A stretch of DNA of 64,000 nt, taken from positions 4,634-68,633 of the forward strand of contig JAJEFO010000115.1 in NCBI GenBank assembly GCA_022820365.1, read 5' to 3'. The notes beneath the pieces are model-generated. The model saw only the letters and a program-made list of their open reading frames with translations, was not told the origin of the DNA and searched no databases. Made by a program: the position numbers and the translations under genes. Of the stretch, positions 39,683-48,082 are shown in pieces. The stretch is from Silicimonas sp. (lineage in GTDB: Bacteria; Pseudomonadota; Alphaproteobacteria; Rhodobacterales; Rhodobacteraceae). Every line of letters begins with the position of its first letter. Position 1 is the stretch's first letter.

Positions 39683-42600
39683 ATGGAGTCTCAACTCGAA
39701 ATCTATCACGGCACCTGGATTCCCCGACTTGCGGAAGGCTTCGACAATGCCGGCCAGTTCGTCTTCTGGGTTGAAACCCCGGTGAACGGAACGGGGAGTT
39801 CCAAGGCGGGATTGCACCCGTCACATCTCTCCGATGCCGAGCGGCTGGAGGGTTTCCTTGCTTCCGATCTGAAACTCAGCGCGGCGGCCGTTGCGGCCGC
39901 CTGCCCTGAACCCGGCGGATTCAGTTTGACAATGCCAAGTGCCGACGGAATGCCGCTGCCCAGTATCGAGATGGCCCAGTTGTCCGGCGGATACCTGCCC
40001 GACGAGTTCGATTGGAGCGAATGGGAAATCAACGGAATCGCCATCGGCCATCCGCTTTCCTTCCTTCGCGAATTGCAATTCCTTTCCGGCTTCGCGGGAG
40101 CCGAATTCCGGATGGGACAAGACCTGAAGTTCTGGATCCAATTCGTGCAGCAGCTGCGCGCAATGGTCCGTCAGCACCAGTTCCTGCCCGTCATGAAGTG
40201 CTCCCAGCCCAAGAAAGGCAGGTCGCAACCGATTTACGTTGCCGGATGGGCCCCGGCCGACAGCCTGTACGAACGCAGCTTGCGTGATTTCGCCGCCGCG
40301 ATGCCCGGAATGTGCACGTTGGTGGGCAAGGCGGGGCAATCGCGGACGAACGGCAAGTCGCCAGTGTCGGTGCTGGACCGTACGGACCTGCTGCGGCAAT
40401 TTTCTGAACAGCAGATCGATCTGCTGGTTTCCGGCACTCCCTTCACGAAATCGTTCCTGAAGCCGTTCAAGGGCAGTTGGTTCGCGGGCGCATTGGCACA
40501 GACGCAGGACAGCCGGATTGCGGCGGAAATAGATCCTCCTAGCCCTGGCGAGACGGATGTCGCCCACTGGCACGCATGGCAGAAGAAAATCCTTGGCCAA
40601 GCCCGACGTTCCGGATTCTCGCTGGGATTTCGCTTGAGCCAGGATGAGGGCAACGACAATCGTTGGCGCATCGGATTTGTCGTGTCCTGCAACGAGGACC
40701 CCTCTCTCTCGGTGGACCTTTCGGAATGGTGGCCGATGCCTGAACGCAGGAAGGGAGACTGGCAGAAACGCTTCGGTCGCCAGTTCGAGCGCAATCTGCT
40801 TGTCAGTCTTGGGCAAGCAGGACGGATCTGCCCGTTGCTCTGGCAGGGCATGGAATCCGCGGAGCCGACCGGAGTCGATATTGATCTCGACACGGCCTAC
40901 GAATTCCTGAAAGACGATGCGCTTGTGCTCGAATCGGCAGGATACCGGATCATCCTGCCGAGTTGGTGGACACCAAAAGGGCGCCGACGGGCGCGACTTC
41001 GCGTCAGGGCCAGCGGAACGGGCGGACAGTCCCAGCAGTCAAGCCCAGCTTCAGGACTGCTGAACCTGGATTCACTAGTCCAGTACGACTACGAACTCTC
41101 CATAGACGGAGAATCCGTAACCGAGGACGAATGGAAGGCGCTGCTCGAAGCCAAGTCGCCTCTCGTGAAATTCCGCGGCGAATGGATGGAGATCGACCAC
41201 CGGCAAATGTCCGAAACGCTTGAACTCTGGCGGAACCGGCAAGAGGGCGACGGCGTTGAATTCAGCCAGATGATCAAGGACATGGCTGAAGCTGACCCCG
41301 ACACGAAGGAGTTTGTCTTCGATGATGTCCTGAGCGAAGTCCTCAAGGGATTGCAGAATCTGGAATGCCTTGAACCGATGGACAACCCTGCAGGAATGCG
41401 TGGCGACCTGCGGGCTTACCAGAAAGCGGGGCTTGCATGGCTGGCGAGGCAGGAACGGCTTGGTTTGAATCCGTGCCTGGCCGATGACATGGGACTCGGA
41501 AAGACCGTCCAGCTGATCGCGTTGCTGCTTCATGAACGGCAGCACGAGGGAACCACATCGGACTCCGGAATCCAGCCTACGCTGCTTGTCGCCCCTACCT
41601 CTGTGCTCAGCAACTGGAAAAAGGAAGTCGGCAAGTTCGCGCCAAGCCTGAAATGCCACATTCACCATGGCACGGACCGGGTTCGCGACCAAGCTGAATT
41701 CGCCAAGCTGGTTTCGGGCTGCGACCTGGTCGTGACGTCTTTCAACTTGGCCCGATCGGACAAGCAGACGCTCGGCACCGCGCGATGGCGACGCATCGTG
41801 GTCGACGAGGCGCAAAACATCAAGAACCCGAAATCGGCGCAAGCCAAGGCGATCTTCGCACTCCCAGCGAACCACCGCATTGCCATGACGGGCACACCGG
41901 TCGAGAACAGGCTGATGGACATGTGGTCCCTATTCCGATTTCTCAACCCGGGCTACCTCGGCACGGAAGCACAGTTCAGGCGTGCTTACGAACTTCCGAT
42001 CCAACGGGAGAACGACCAGATCCGCATCCGACAGCTGCAACAACTGGTTCAGCCGTTCATCCTTCGTCGCCTGAAGTCCGACAAGTCAATCATCGACGAC
42101 CTGCCCGACAAGGTCGAACAAAAGGTCTACTGCAACCTTACAAAGGAGCAGGCATCGCTATATCAGGCCGTGGTCGAAGACGTGGAAGACAGAATCGCGG
42201 AGTCTGAGGGGATGGCCCGGCGCGGGCTGATTCTGTCAACGTTGATGAGGCTTAAGCAGGTCTGCAATCATCCCGCGCAGTTCCTCCAGGACGAAAGCGC
42301 CTTTGACGAAACCCGTTCGCACAAGCTGGCTCGCATGAACGAAATGATCGAGGAAGCCTTGCAAGAGTCGGCCAGCCTTCTTGTCTTCACGCAGTTCACC
42401 GAAATCGGGGAGCGGCTGGAAACCCAGTTCAGGGAGCGGCATTCCTGTCCCGTGCATTACCTGCATGGCGGCACCACCAGAAGACGCCGGGAGAAGATGA
42501 TCGAGAGCTTTCAGGATCCGGAGTCACCATCCGGGATCTTTGTCCTGTCGCTTCGGGCAGGTGGAGTCGGAATCACGCTTACGCAGGCGAACCATGTCTT

Positions 42601-42862
42601 TCATTTCGATCGTTGGTGGAACCCGGCGGTCGAGGACCAAGCCACGGATCGCGCTTACAGGATCGGCCAGCAAAAGACGGTGTTCGCGCACAAGATGGTG
42701 ACGCTGGGGACACTTGAAGAGCGCATCGACGAAATGATCGAATCAAAAAAGGCTCTCGCCGAGAGCATTGTCGGCACCGACGAGAACTGGCTGACGGAAA
42801 TGGACAACGACTCGTTCCGGAAGCTGATTGCACTGAATCGCCAAACCATCATGGAGACTTGA
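39683..42862 (+). CDS. SNF2-family helicase with a long N-terminal bacterial 'SNF2 helicase associated' region
   Basis: Motif I DDMGLGKT, motif II DEAQNIKN, motif III TGTPVENRL, motif V SLRAGGVGITLT, motif VI WWNPAVEDQATDRAYRIGQ. The ~560-aa N-terminal region carries ..ILPSWWTPKG..PLVKFRGEWMEID.. The start is placed at ATG 39683. Confidence 0.9.
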   Translation: MESQLEIYHGTWIPRLAEGFDNAGQFVFWVETPVNGTGSSKAGLHPSHLSDAERLEGFLASDLKLSAAAVAAACPEPGGFSLTMPSADGMPLPSIEMAQLSGGYLPDEFDWSEWEINGIAIGHPLSFLRELQFLSGFAGAEFRMGQDLKFWIQFVQQLRAMVRQHQFLPVMKCSQPKKGRSQPIYVAGWAPADSLYERSLRDFAAAMPGMCTLVGKAGQSRTNGKSPVSVLDRTDLLRQFSEQQIDLLVSGTPFTKSFLKPFKGSWFAGALAQTQDSRIAAEIDPPSPGETDVAHWHAWQKKILGQARRSGFSLGFRLSQDEGNDNRWRIGFVVSCNEDPSLSVDLSEWWPMPERRKGDWQKRFGRQFERNLLVSLGQAGRICPLLWQGMESAEPTGVDIDLDTAYEFLKDDALVLESAGYRIILPSWWTPKGRRRARLRVRASGTGGQSQQSSPASGLLNLDSLVQYDYELSIDGESVTEDEWKALLEAKSPLVKFRGEWMEIDHRQMSETLELWRNRQEGDGVEFSQMIKDMAEADPDTKEFVFDDVLSEVLKGLQNLECLEPMDNPAGMRGDLRAYQKAGLAWLARQERLGLNPCLADDMGLGKTVQLIALLLHERQHEGTTSDSGIQPTLLVAPTSVLSNWKKEVGKFAPSLKCHIHHGTDRVRDQAEFAKLVSGCDLVVTSFNLARSDKQTLGTARWRRIVVDEAQNIKNPKSAQAKAIFALPANHRIAMTGTPVENRLMDMWSLFRFLNPGYLGTEAQFRRAYELPIQRENDQIRIRQLQQLVQPFILRRLKSDKSIIDDLPDKVEQKVYCNLTKEQASLYQAVVEDVEDRIAESEGMARRGLILSTLMRLKQVCNHPAQFLQDESAFDETRSHKLARMNEMIEEALQESASLLVFTQFTEIGERLETQFRERHSCPVHYLHGGTTRRRREKMIESFQDPESPSGIFVLSLRAGGVGITLTQANHVFHFDRWWNPAVEDQATDRAYRIGQQKTVFAHKMVTLGTLEERIDEMIESKKALAESIVGTDENWLTEMDNDSFRKLIALNRQTIMET

Positions 42863-42864
42863 TC

Positions 42865-43701
42865 ATGGCCAAGATGACCCGGACCTGGTGGGGTGAAGTT
42901 TTTCTGGATGTCCTGGCAATGAGCATGGACGAGGGTCGGCTCAAGCGCGGACGGGCGTATTCCGGACCGAACCGGCTGCTGAAATTCTCAATCAACAAGG
43001 GCGTGGCCACGGCCACGTTGCGCGGCAACGTCAATCGTTATTTCGGTGTCTACGAGGAGCCTCGATACAAGGTAACCGTTAAGTTGAGACAGTTCTCGTC
43101 GTCTGACTGGAACAGGATCTCGGAGATGATCTCCAAAAACGCCGCCTGTCTGTCCCAATTGCTCATGAACGAAATGCCGACGGCAATCGAGGATGCCCTT
43201 TCGGAGTCGGGCCAGACCCTGCTGCCGCGCTCGAAGAATGATCTCATCAGCAAGTGCTCGTGTCCGGACTGGGCCTCGCCCTGCAAGCACGTTGCAGGCG
43301 TATACTACAAGATCGCATCGTTGCTTGATCGCGATCCGATGCTCCTGTTCGAACTGCGTGGCCTGGAATTTCCTATGCTTCGCGAGAAGCTTGCAGGTTC
43401 ACCCCTCGGACGGGCTCTCATTGACGAACAGACTGACAAAGACGGATCCTTTGAACTTCCCACCAAACGCTACACGGACCCGCGGGTAACGCCTGCAGCA
43501 GGAATTGACCTCAAATCATACTGGAGGGGTGAACACCCGCTGCCGTCGGTCGACACGTTGAGTGGAGTCCCGCCGACGCCTGCCGTTCTGGCCAAGAAGG
43601 GAGGTGATCACCCGGCGTTCTGGCACCAGGACCAGTCCTTCATTGGAGTGATGGAGGAGGTATGCACCCGCGTCGTCCAGAAGAACCGCCCGTCCCTGTA
43701 G
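42865..43701 (+). CDS. SWIM zinc-finger protein
   Basis: The SWIM CxCxnCxH signature appears in CSCPDWASPCKH. The ATG lies 2 nt after the SNF2 stop, suggesting translational coupling. Confidence 0.85.
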   Translation: MAKMTRTWWGEVFLDVLAMSMDEGRLKRGRAYSGPNRLLKFSINKGVATATLRGNVNRYFGVYEEPRYKVTVKLRQFSSSDWNRISEMISKNAACLSQLLMNEMPTAIEDALSESGQTLLPRSKNDLISKCSCPDWASPCKHVAGVYYKIASLLDRDPMLLFELRGLEFPMLREKLAGSPLGRALIDEQTDKDGSFELPTKRYTDPRVTPAAGIDLKSYWRGEHPLPSVDTLSGVPPTPAVLAKKGGDHPAFWHQDQSFIGVMEEVCTRVVQKNRPSL

Positions 43702-43820
43702 ACAGTGCCGGAGACCCTCCTCCGCGCCTTGCTCCCGGCAAAGGCGTGCTGGCGGGCACGACCATGCAGCGACACCAATTCATCGAGCGGGGACCGGCTC
43801 TTCCCGGTACCCTGTGCCAA

Positions 43821-44975
43821 CTACCCCTTGACTGCGCCAGCGGTCAGCCCTGACACAATTTGTCTTTGGAAGACCAGCACAAGCACAAACAGTGGCGCGG
43901 TGATGGAGACCGCTGCGGCAATGGCCTGGACTTCGTCCGATGCCGTGGTCTCTCGATTGAACATGTTGGCGATGGCGGGCACCATGGTCATGTTCTGGGC
44001 ATCCAGAAGCAGCGACGTCACAAGAAAATCATTGTAGGCCAACAGGAAACTGAATAGTCCCGTGGTGATCACGCCGGGCCACATGACTGGCACGATGACT
44101 CGCCGGAAAGCACCGAAATGCGAACACCCGTCAACCCGTGCTGCTTCATCCAGCTCGGCAGGGATGTTCAGAAAGAACGATCGCAGCATCCAGATCGTGA
44201 ACGGCTGGTTGATGGCAACAAGAACGGCGATGATCGCCCAAGGTTTGCCGTAGAACGTCGGGGCCCCGTCGCCAAAGATCGGGGCGAGCCATTCCGCCGA
44301 CGTGATGAAATACGGCAAATAGCCAGATACCAGAACCGAATGCGGAAGGGCCCGGAACACAAGCGCGACGACCAGCAGCCAGAAAGCTATGACGGAATCC
44401 GACCGCGCGAGGCCGTAGCCCGCAAGTGTTCCGACGGTCAGGGAAACCATCACGACGCCTGTCGTCACAATCATCGAATTGGCGAAGTTGCGGGTGAAGC
44501 CCCGGTCGATCCAGACAGCTTCGTAGTGCCCCGTGGTCAAGCCCAGGATGTTGGTTCCAAGCGGGCCTAGCAGCGGGTTCAGCACGGTCAGGGCAGCGGG
44601 CAGCACGACAACCAGCAATGCCAGCGAGGCAAGAGCATAGACTCCGCCGCCAATCAGCCACGGAATTCCAGTTCGGCCATCGGGCGAGTATTCTGCGACC
44701 TTGCCGGGCAGCCAAAGGATTGCCTGCCGGACCAGTATCCAGGCAAGCGCGAGACCCAAAATGATGTCGATGATCGACAGTCCCCCGATGTTGGCACGCG
44801 TGTGCGGCCCGAAGATCACTCGGAACGGGTTTGAATCAAAGGCGTCGACGGGGGTCTTGAAACTCATGACCGCGATCCAGATGATCGGGAACGCGGCAAC
44901 GAAGCACCAAAATGCCAGGAACCCGTTCGAAAGGGCCTTCAAGCTCATCGGTTGGCGCAGGGCTGAGCTCGACAT
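43821..44975 (-). CDS. ABC transporter permease (MalG type) with a ~100-aa insertion containing extra hydrophobic segments
   Basis: EAA-loop region NIPAELDEAARVDGCSHFGAFRRVIVPVMWPG. At 384 aa it is longer than the usual ~280 aa. The start is at ATG 44975, 4 nt after the upstream stop. Confidence 0.8.
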   Translation of the reverse strand: MSSSALRQPMSLKALSNGFLAFWCFVAAFPIIWIAVMSFKTPVDAFDSNPFRVIFGPHTRANIGGLSIIDIILGLALAWILVRQAILWLPGKVAEYSPDGRTGIPWLIGGGVYALASLALLVVVLPAALTVLNPLLGPLGTNILGLTTGHYEAVWIDRGFTRNFANSMIVTTGVVMVSLTVGTLAGYGLARSDSVIAFWLLVVALVFRALPHSVLVSGYLPYFITSAEWLAPIFGDGAPTFYGKPWAIIAVLVAINQPFTIWMLRSFFLNIPAELDEAARVDGCSHFGAFRRVIVPVMWPGVITTGLFSFLLAYNDFLVTSLLLDAQNMTMVPAIANMFNRETTASDEVQAIAAAVSITAPLFVLVLVFQRQIVSGLTAGAVKG

Positions 44976-44979
44976 TACG

Positions 44980-45999
44980 CTAGCTTCCCCGCTGCTCTCG
45001 CCAGACCCTGCGCAGCGGAACACCAAGCAAGATCGCGATCCCGATCATCGTTAGGATCGCGCTGGCCGATGCCCGGCTGATCGCGCGTGCGCCGGTGCCG
45101 TCTTGCAGCAGGAATTCGTAAGTCAGCCACTGCAGCGAAATGACGTGGGCCGAGGCTGAAAAGCCGACAATTTCCTCAAACACCCGGTAGGCGTCCATCA
45201 GGTGGATAAGCGTCAGGAAAATCACCAGCGGCATCAGATGGGGAATGATGACATATCTCAGCCGTTGCCATCGCGTTGCGCCATCAATGATTGCCGCTTC
45301 CAGTGCGTCGTTGTTGACGGTCTGAAGGCCGGCGTAGAACACGACAAACGCAAACGGTGCCACGTGCCAGACCCGATAGATGTACATCATCAACTCGATG
45401 GTCCAGGCCTGGGCGAACATGGCAATGTCCCTGTCCAGCCACCATTCAAGCCCTGCAGTGAGGATGCCGTCACCGAGGAACAGCCACCTGATCGACAGCG
45501 CTCCGATCACGGGGGTGATGATGAATGGCAGAAGCGAGACGAAGATCACCGGCCCCTTGATCCGCTGCAGCGTGTTGTTGACCGCAAGCGCAATGAGCAG
45601 CCCAGTGCCCAGCACGAGCGGCAGCGTCAGGATCGTGAATACAAGAGTGAACCGCAGTGCCGACCAGAAGCGGATGTTCATCAGGTCCCGCCAGCTTCCC
45701 CTTGCAATCGCCGTGCGCAGCTTGTCGGGCTCGATCACGTTGCGATAGCTCTGCAGCCCGACAAAGGTCGTCTCGGTCAGGATCTTGCCGTTGTCGTTCA
45801 GGAGAGGCCGGGTCTTCATTTCGGTTGTACAGACCGAACCCAGGAGCCCCGGCGTGCAGATCTCAACCTCTACCTGCTCGTAGACAGGCTGTGTGACATG
45901 GAAGCTTTGCCAGAGAACCGAAAGCAACGGGGCGGCAATGAAAAGGACCATCATGAAGACCGAAGGGCCCACGAAAATCGCGAAGGTCTTTTTCTTCAT
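44980..45999 (-). CDS. ABC transporter permease (MalF type)
   Basis: 339 aa, with an EAA-like region NNDALEAAIIDGATRWQRLRYVIIPHLMP and an extended first periplasmic loop carrying two Cys. Confidence 0.8.
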   Translation of the reverse strand: MKKKTFAIFVGPSVFMMVLFIAAPLLSVLWQSFHVTQPVYEQVEVEICTPGLLGSVCTTEMKTRPLLNDNGKILTETTFVGLQSYRNVIEPDKLRTAIARGSWRDLMNIRFWSALRFTLVFTILTLPLVLGTGLLIALAVNNTLQRIKGPVIFVSLLPFIITPVIGALSIRWLFLGDGILTAGLEWWLDRDIAMFAQAWTIELMMYIYRVWHVAPFAFVVFYAGLQTVNNDALEAAIIDGATRWQRLRYVIIPHLMPLVIFLTLIHLMDAYRVFEEIVGFSASAHVISLQWLTYEFLLQDGTGARAISRASASAILTMIGIAILLGVPLRRVWREQRGS

Positions 46000-46025
46000 C
46001 TGCCCCCGCCTCGGCTATGAAGAGC

Positions 46026-46051
46026 GGGTGCCAAGGTCAATCTTGGCACCC
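46026..46051 (-). terminator. Intercistronic stem-loop after the SBP gene
   Basis: GGGTGCCAAG-gtcaat-CTTGGCACCC forms a perfect 10-bp stem between the SBP stop (46073) and the permease start (45999). Confidence 0.45.
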
Positions 46052-46072
46052 GTCAACTCTTGTCTCGCTGCC

Positions 46073-47275
46073 CTACTTTAGCAAGCCCTTTTCCTTGGCA
46101 TCGGAGACATAGGCGGCCTCAATGTCCGCAAGCGTTGCCGCCGCGTCCTTGTCGCCGGTCATGAAGGCGGCAAGACCCGACCCAAGTGCGCTGTGCATCG
46201 ACCCGATGTACTTGTTCATCGGATAGGGCACGGCGTCCCCGGCCGCGGTGTCGAAGGCGCCCTTGGCCGCATCGCCCGGCACAAAGCCCTTCGCCAGCCA
46301 GATCGCGTCGTCATTGTTGGCTTGGATCACGTCTTCGGCCATCGAGGCGACAATCAGCTTCATGGCCGCTGCCGCCTCTTCATCAGAGATGTTCTTGGCG
46401 ATCGCCCAGCCATCCCACCAGATCGTCGAAGCAATGCGTTCCGCCCCGCGCAGTCCGGCAGCCATCACGACCTTGCCTGAAACGGTGGATTCAGCCGGAT
46501 CATTCACCGCTCCTGCGCGCGATGCCCAGAGGTTTGCCATGGCAATCTTGCCTTGCTGCATCTGCTTGGTGACGAAAGTGGTGTCAGAGACCAGGTATTC
46601 CGGATCCATGAGCGTTCCGAGCTTCGCCATCCGCTCCAATACCGCCATGCCCTTTTCGTTGTCGATCGAAGGGGTCCAGTCGGCGTTGAAGAACTCGCCG
46701 CCCTCGCCGAGGTAGTGGTTGACGAAAACGAAGGCCAGATTCCAGCCGTCCTTCATGTAATGGCCGATCGGATAGTCGACGACACCGGCGGCCTGGATCT
46801 TCTCCGCCGCTGCGATGTATTCGTCCCAGGTCGTCGGCACTGCGATGCCAAGATCGCTCAGGATGTCCTCTCGGTACATGAGATGCTGCGTGTTCGCGAA
46901 AGCGGCGATTGCCATGGTCTTTCCGTCGATCTCGATGAACTGGTGCGGGTTCAAGCTGGCACCATGCGCCGCGATCAGGTCGTCAAGCGGGCGCAACAGG
47001 TCCGCGTCGATCATCGGCACGGACGTGGAGTTCGTGAGCGACGTCATGGAGTAGAGTGACGGATTGGCCGAAAAGGCATCGACGATCTTCAATCGATGAT
47101 CCTTGTCGAGTTCGCTTTCCACGTTTCCGCAGCCGGCCATGACGCCAGTCATGATCTCGTAGGCCGGGAAGGCATTCGAGATCGTTTTCACTGGCACGGT
47201 GTTCGTGCAATCGGCGAAGGCCATGTTGGCCGCCACCGCCATCGCGCCTGCCAGCAGGATATGTCTTGGTTTCAT
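46073..47275 (-). CDS. ABC transporter substrate-binding protein (family 1), substrate unknown
   Basis: Signal peptide MKPRHILLAGAMAVAANMAFA on a 400-aa periplasmic binding protein. The SD gggaga lies upstream. Confidence 0.8.
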   Translation of the reverse strand: MKPRHILLAGAMAVAANMAFADCTNTVPVKTISNAFPAYEIMTGVMAGCGNVESELDKDHRLKIVDAFSANPSLYSMTSLTNSTSVPMIDADLLRPLDDLIAAHGASLNPHQFIEIDGKTMAIAAFANTQHLMYREDILSDLGIAVPTTWDEYIAAAEKIQAAGVVDYPIGHYMKDGWNLAFVFVNHYLGEGGEFFNADWTPSIDNEKGMAVLERMAKLGTLMDPEYLVSDTTFVTKQMQQGKIAMANLWASRAGAVNDPAESTVSGKVVMAAGLRGAERIASTIWWDGWAIAKNISDEEAAAAMKLIVASMAEDVIQANNDDAIWLAKGFVPGDAAKGAFDTAAGDAVPYPMNKYIGSMHSALGSGLAAFMTGDKDAAATLADIEAAYVSDAKEKGLLK

Positions 47276-47335
47276 GTTGGATCTCCCGTTAGTCCGTTTG
47301 CCCCTAATGGGCGGGTGAATTGATGATCGACTTGC

Positions 47336-48007
47336 CTACTTGATCATGCCGATCACGTCGTCGGTCTTTCGAACGTCGCCGAAGCTCTGATAGAATGACG
47401 TGAGCCCCGCAAGATGGTCGTCGTCGTAACGCGCGGCATTGGCGTCCTCGACCATCACGACCTTGTAGTCCAGCATCATGGCGTCACGTGCGGTGGATTC
47501 GCTGCACATGTTCGTGGCCGTACCCGCCACGATCAGGTTTTCGACGCCCATGCCCTGCAGGATGTCGTGAAGATCGGACGCACCAACAATGAACGGAGAG
47601 AACCTCTTCTTGGTCACGACCCGGTCCTCTTCCTTCACGTCGAGGTCAGGATAGATCTCGTAGCCCTGATTGCCGGGGGACAGCTTGGCCAGATGGTTCC
47701 GACCTTTGGCTTCGGTAAAGAAATAGTCGTGATAAAGCTGCCACTGGCTCGGCGCACCCTCTTCCTCGGCACATCGCATGATCACCCAGATCACCGGCAC
47801 GCCCTTCTCGCGACATGCAGAAGCGATCCGGTTGATGTTCGGCACGATGGAAATTGCTGTATCCACCTCGGCAACATAGAAATTCTGCATGTCGATGACG
47901 AGGAAGGCTGTCTTCGCGGCCTTGAATTCATTAAAGACCTCGAGCTTTCCGCGTTTGGCCATGATCCTTTCAATCACGTAGTCTGGAATTTCGACGTTAT
48001 GCGGCAT
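47336..48007 (-). CDS. Isochorismatase-family cysteine hydrolase
   Basis: FLVIDMQNFY, and the catalytic Cys region GTATNMCSESTARDA. The start is at ATG 48007 (MPHNVEIP). Confidence 0.8.
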   Translation of the reverse strand: MPHNVEIPDYVIERIMAKRGKLEVFNEFKAAKTAFLVIDMQNFYVAEVDTAISIVPNINRIASACREKGVPVIWVIMRCAEEEGAPSQWQLYHDYFFTEAKGRNHLAKLSPGNQGYEIYPDLDVKEEDRVVTKKRFSPFIVGASDLHDILQGMGVENLIVAGTATNMCSESTARDAMMLDYKVVMVEDANAARYDDDHLAGLTSFYQSFGDVRKTDDVIGMIK

Positions 48008-48030
48008 GTTCCCCCAACCTCTGCCTAGTC

Positions 48031-48051
48031 TGCCCACTGTGTGCCCACTAA
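48031..48051 (+). promoter_or_regulatory. Tandem direct repeat TGCCCACT-gtg-TGCCCACTAA (site B)
   Basis: Two perfect 8-mers at 11-bp spacing, 23 nt upstream (coding sense) of the isochorismatase-like ATG, in a 75-bp gap inside the long operon. Near-identical elements occur at 56866-56886 and 62383-62403. Confidence 0.5.
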
Positions 48052-48082
48052 GCGCGCTAGTCAATGAGATTTTCGCTGGCCA

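Noticed and set aside
46064-47340. Single degenerate TGCCC(C/T)A-like sequences near the SBP and permease junctions (TGCCCTACT at about 46069, TGCCCCTA at about 47299, TGCCTACT at 47333)
   Set aside because: These are single half-sites with indels and no 11-bp partner. Two of them overlap stop codons, so they cannot be distinguished from chance.
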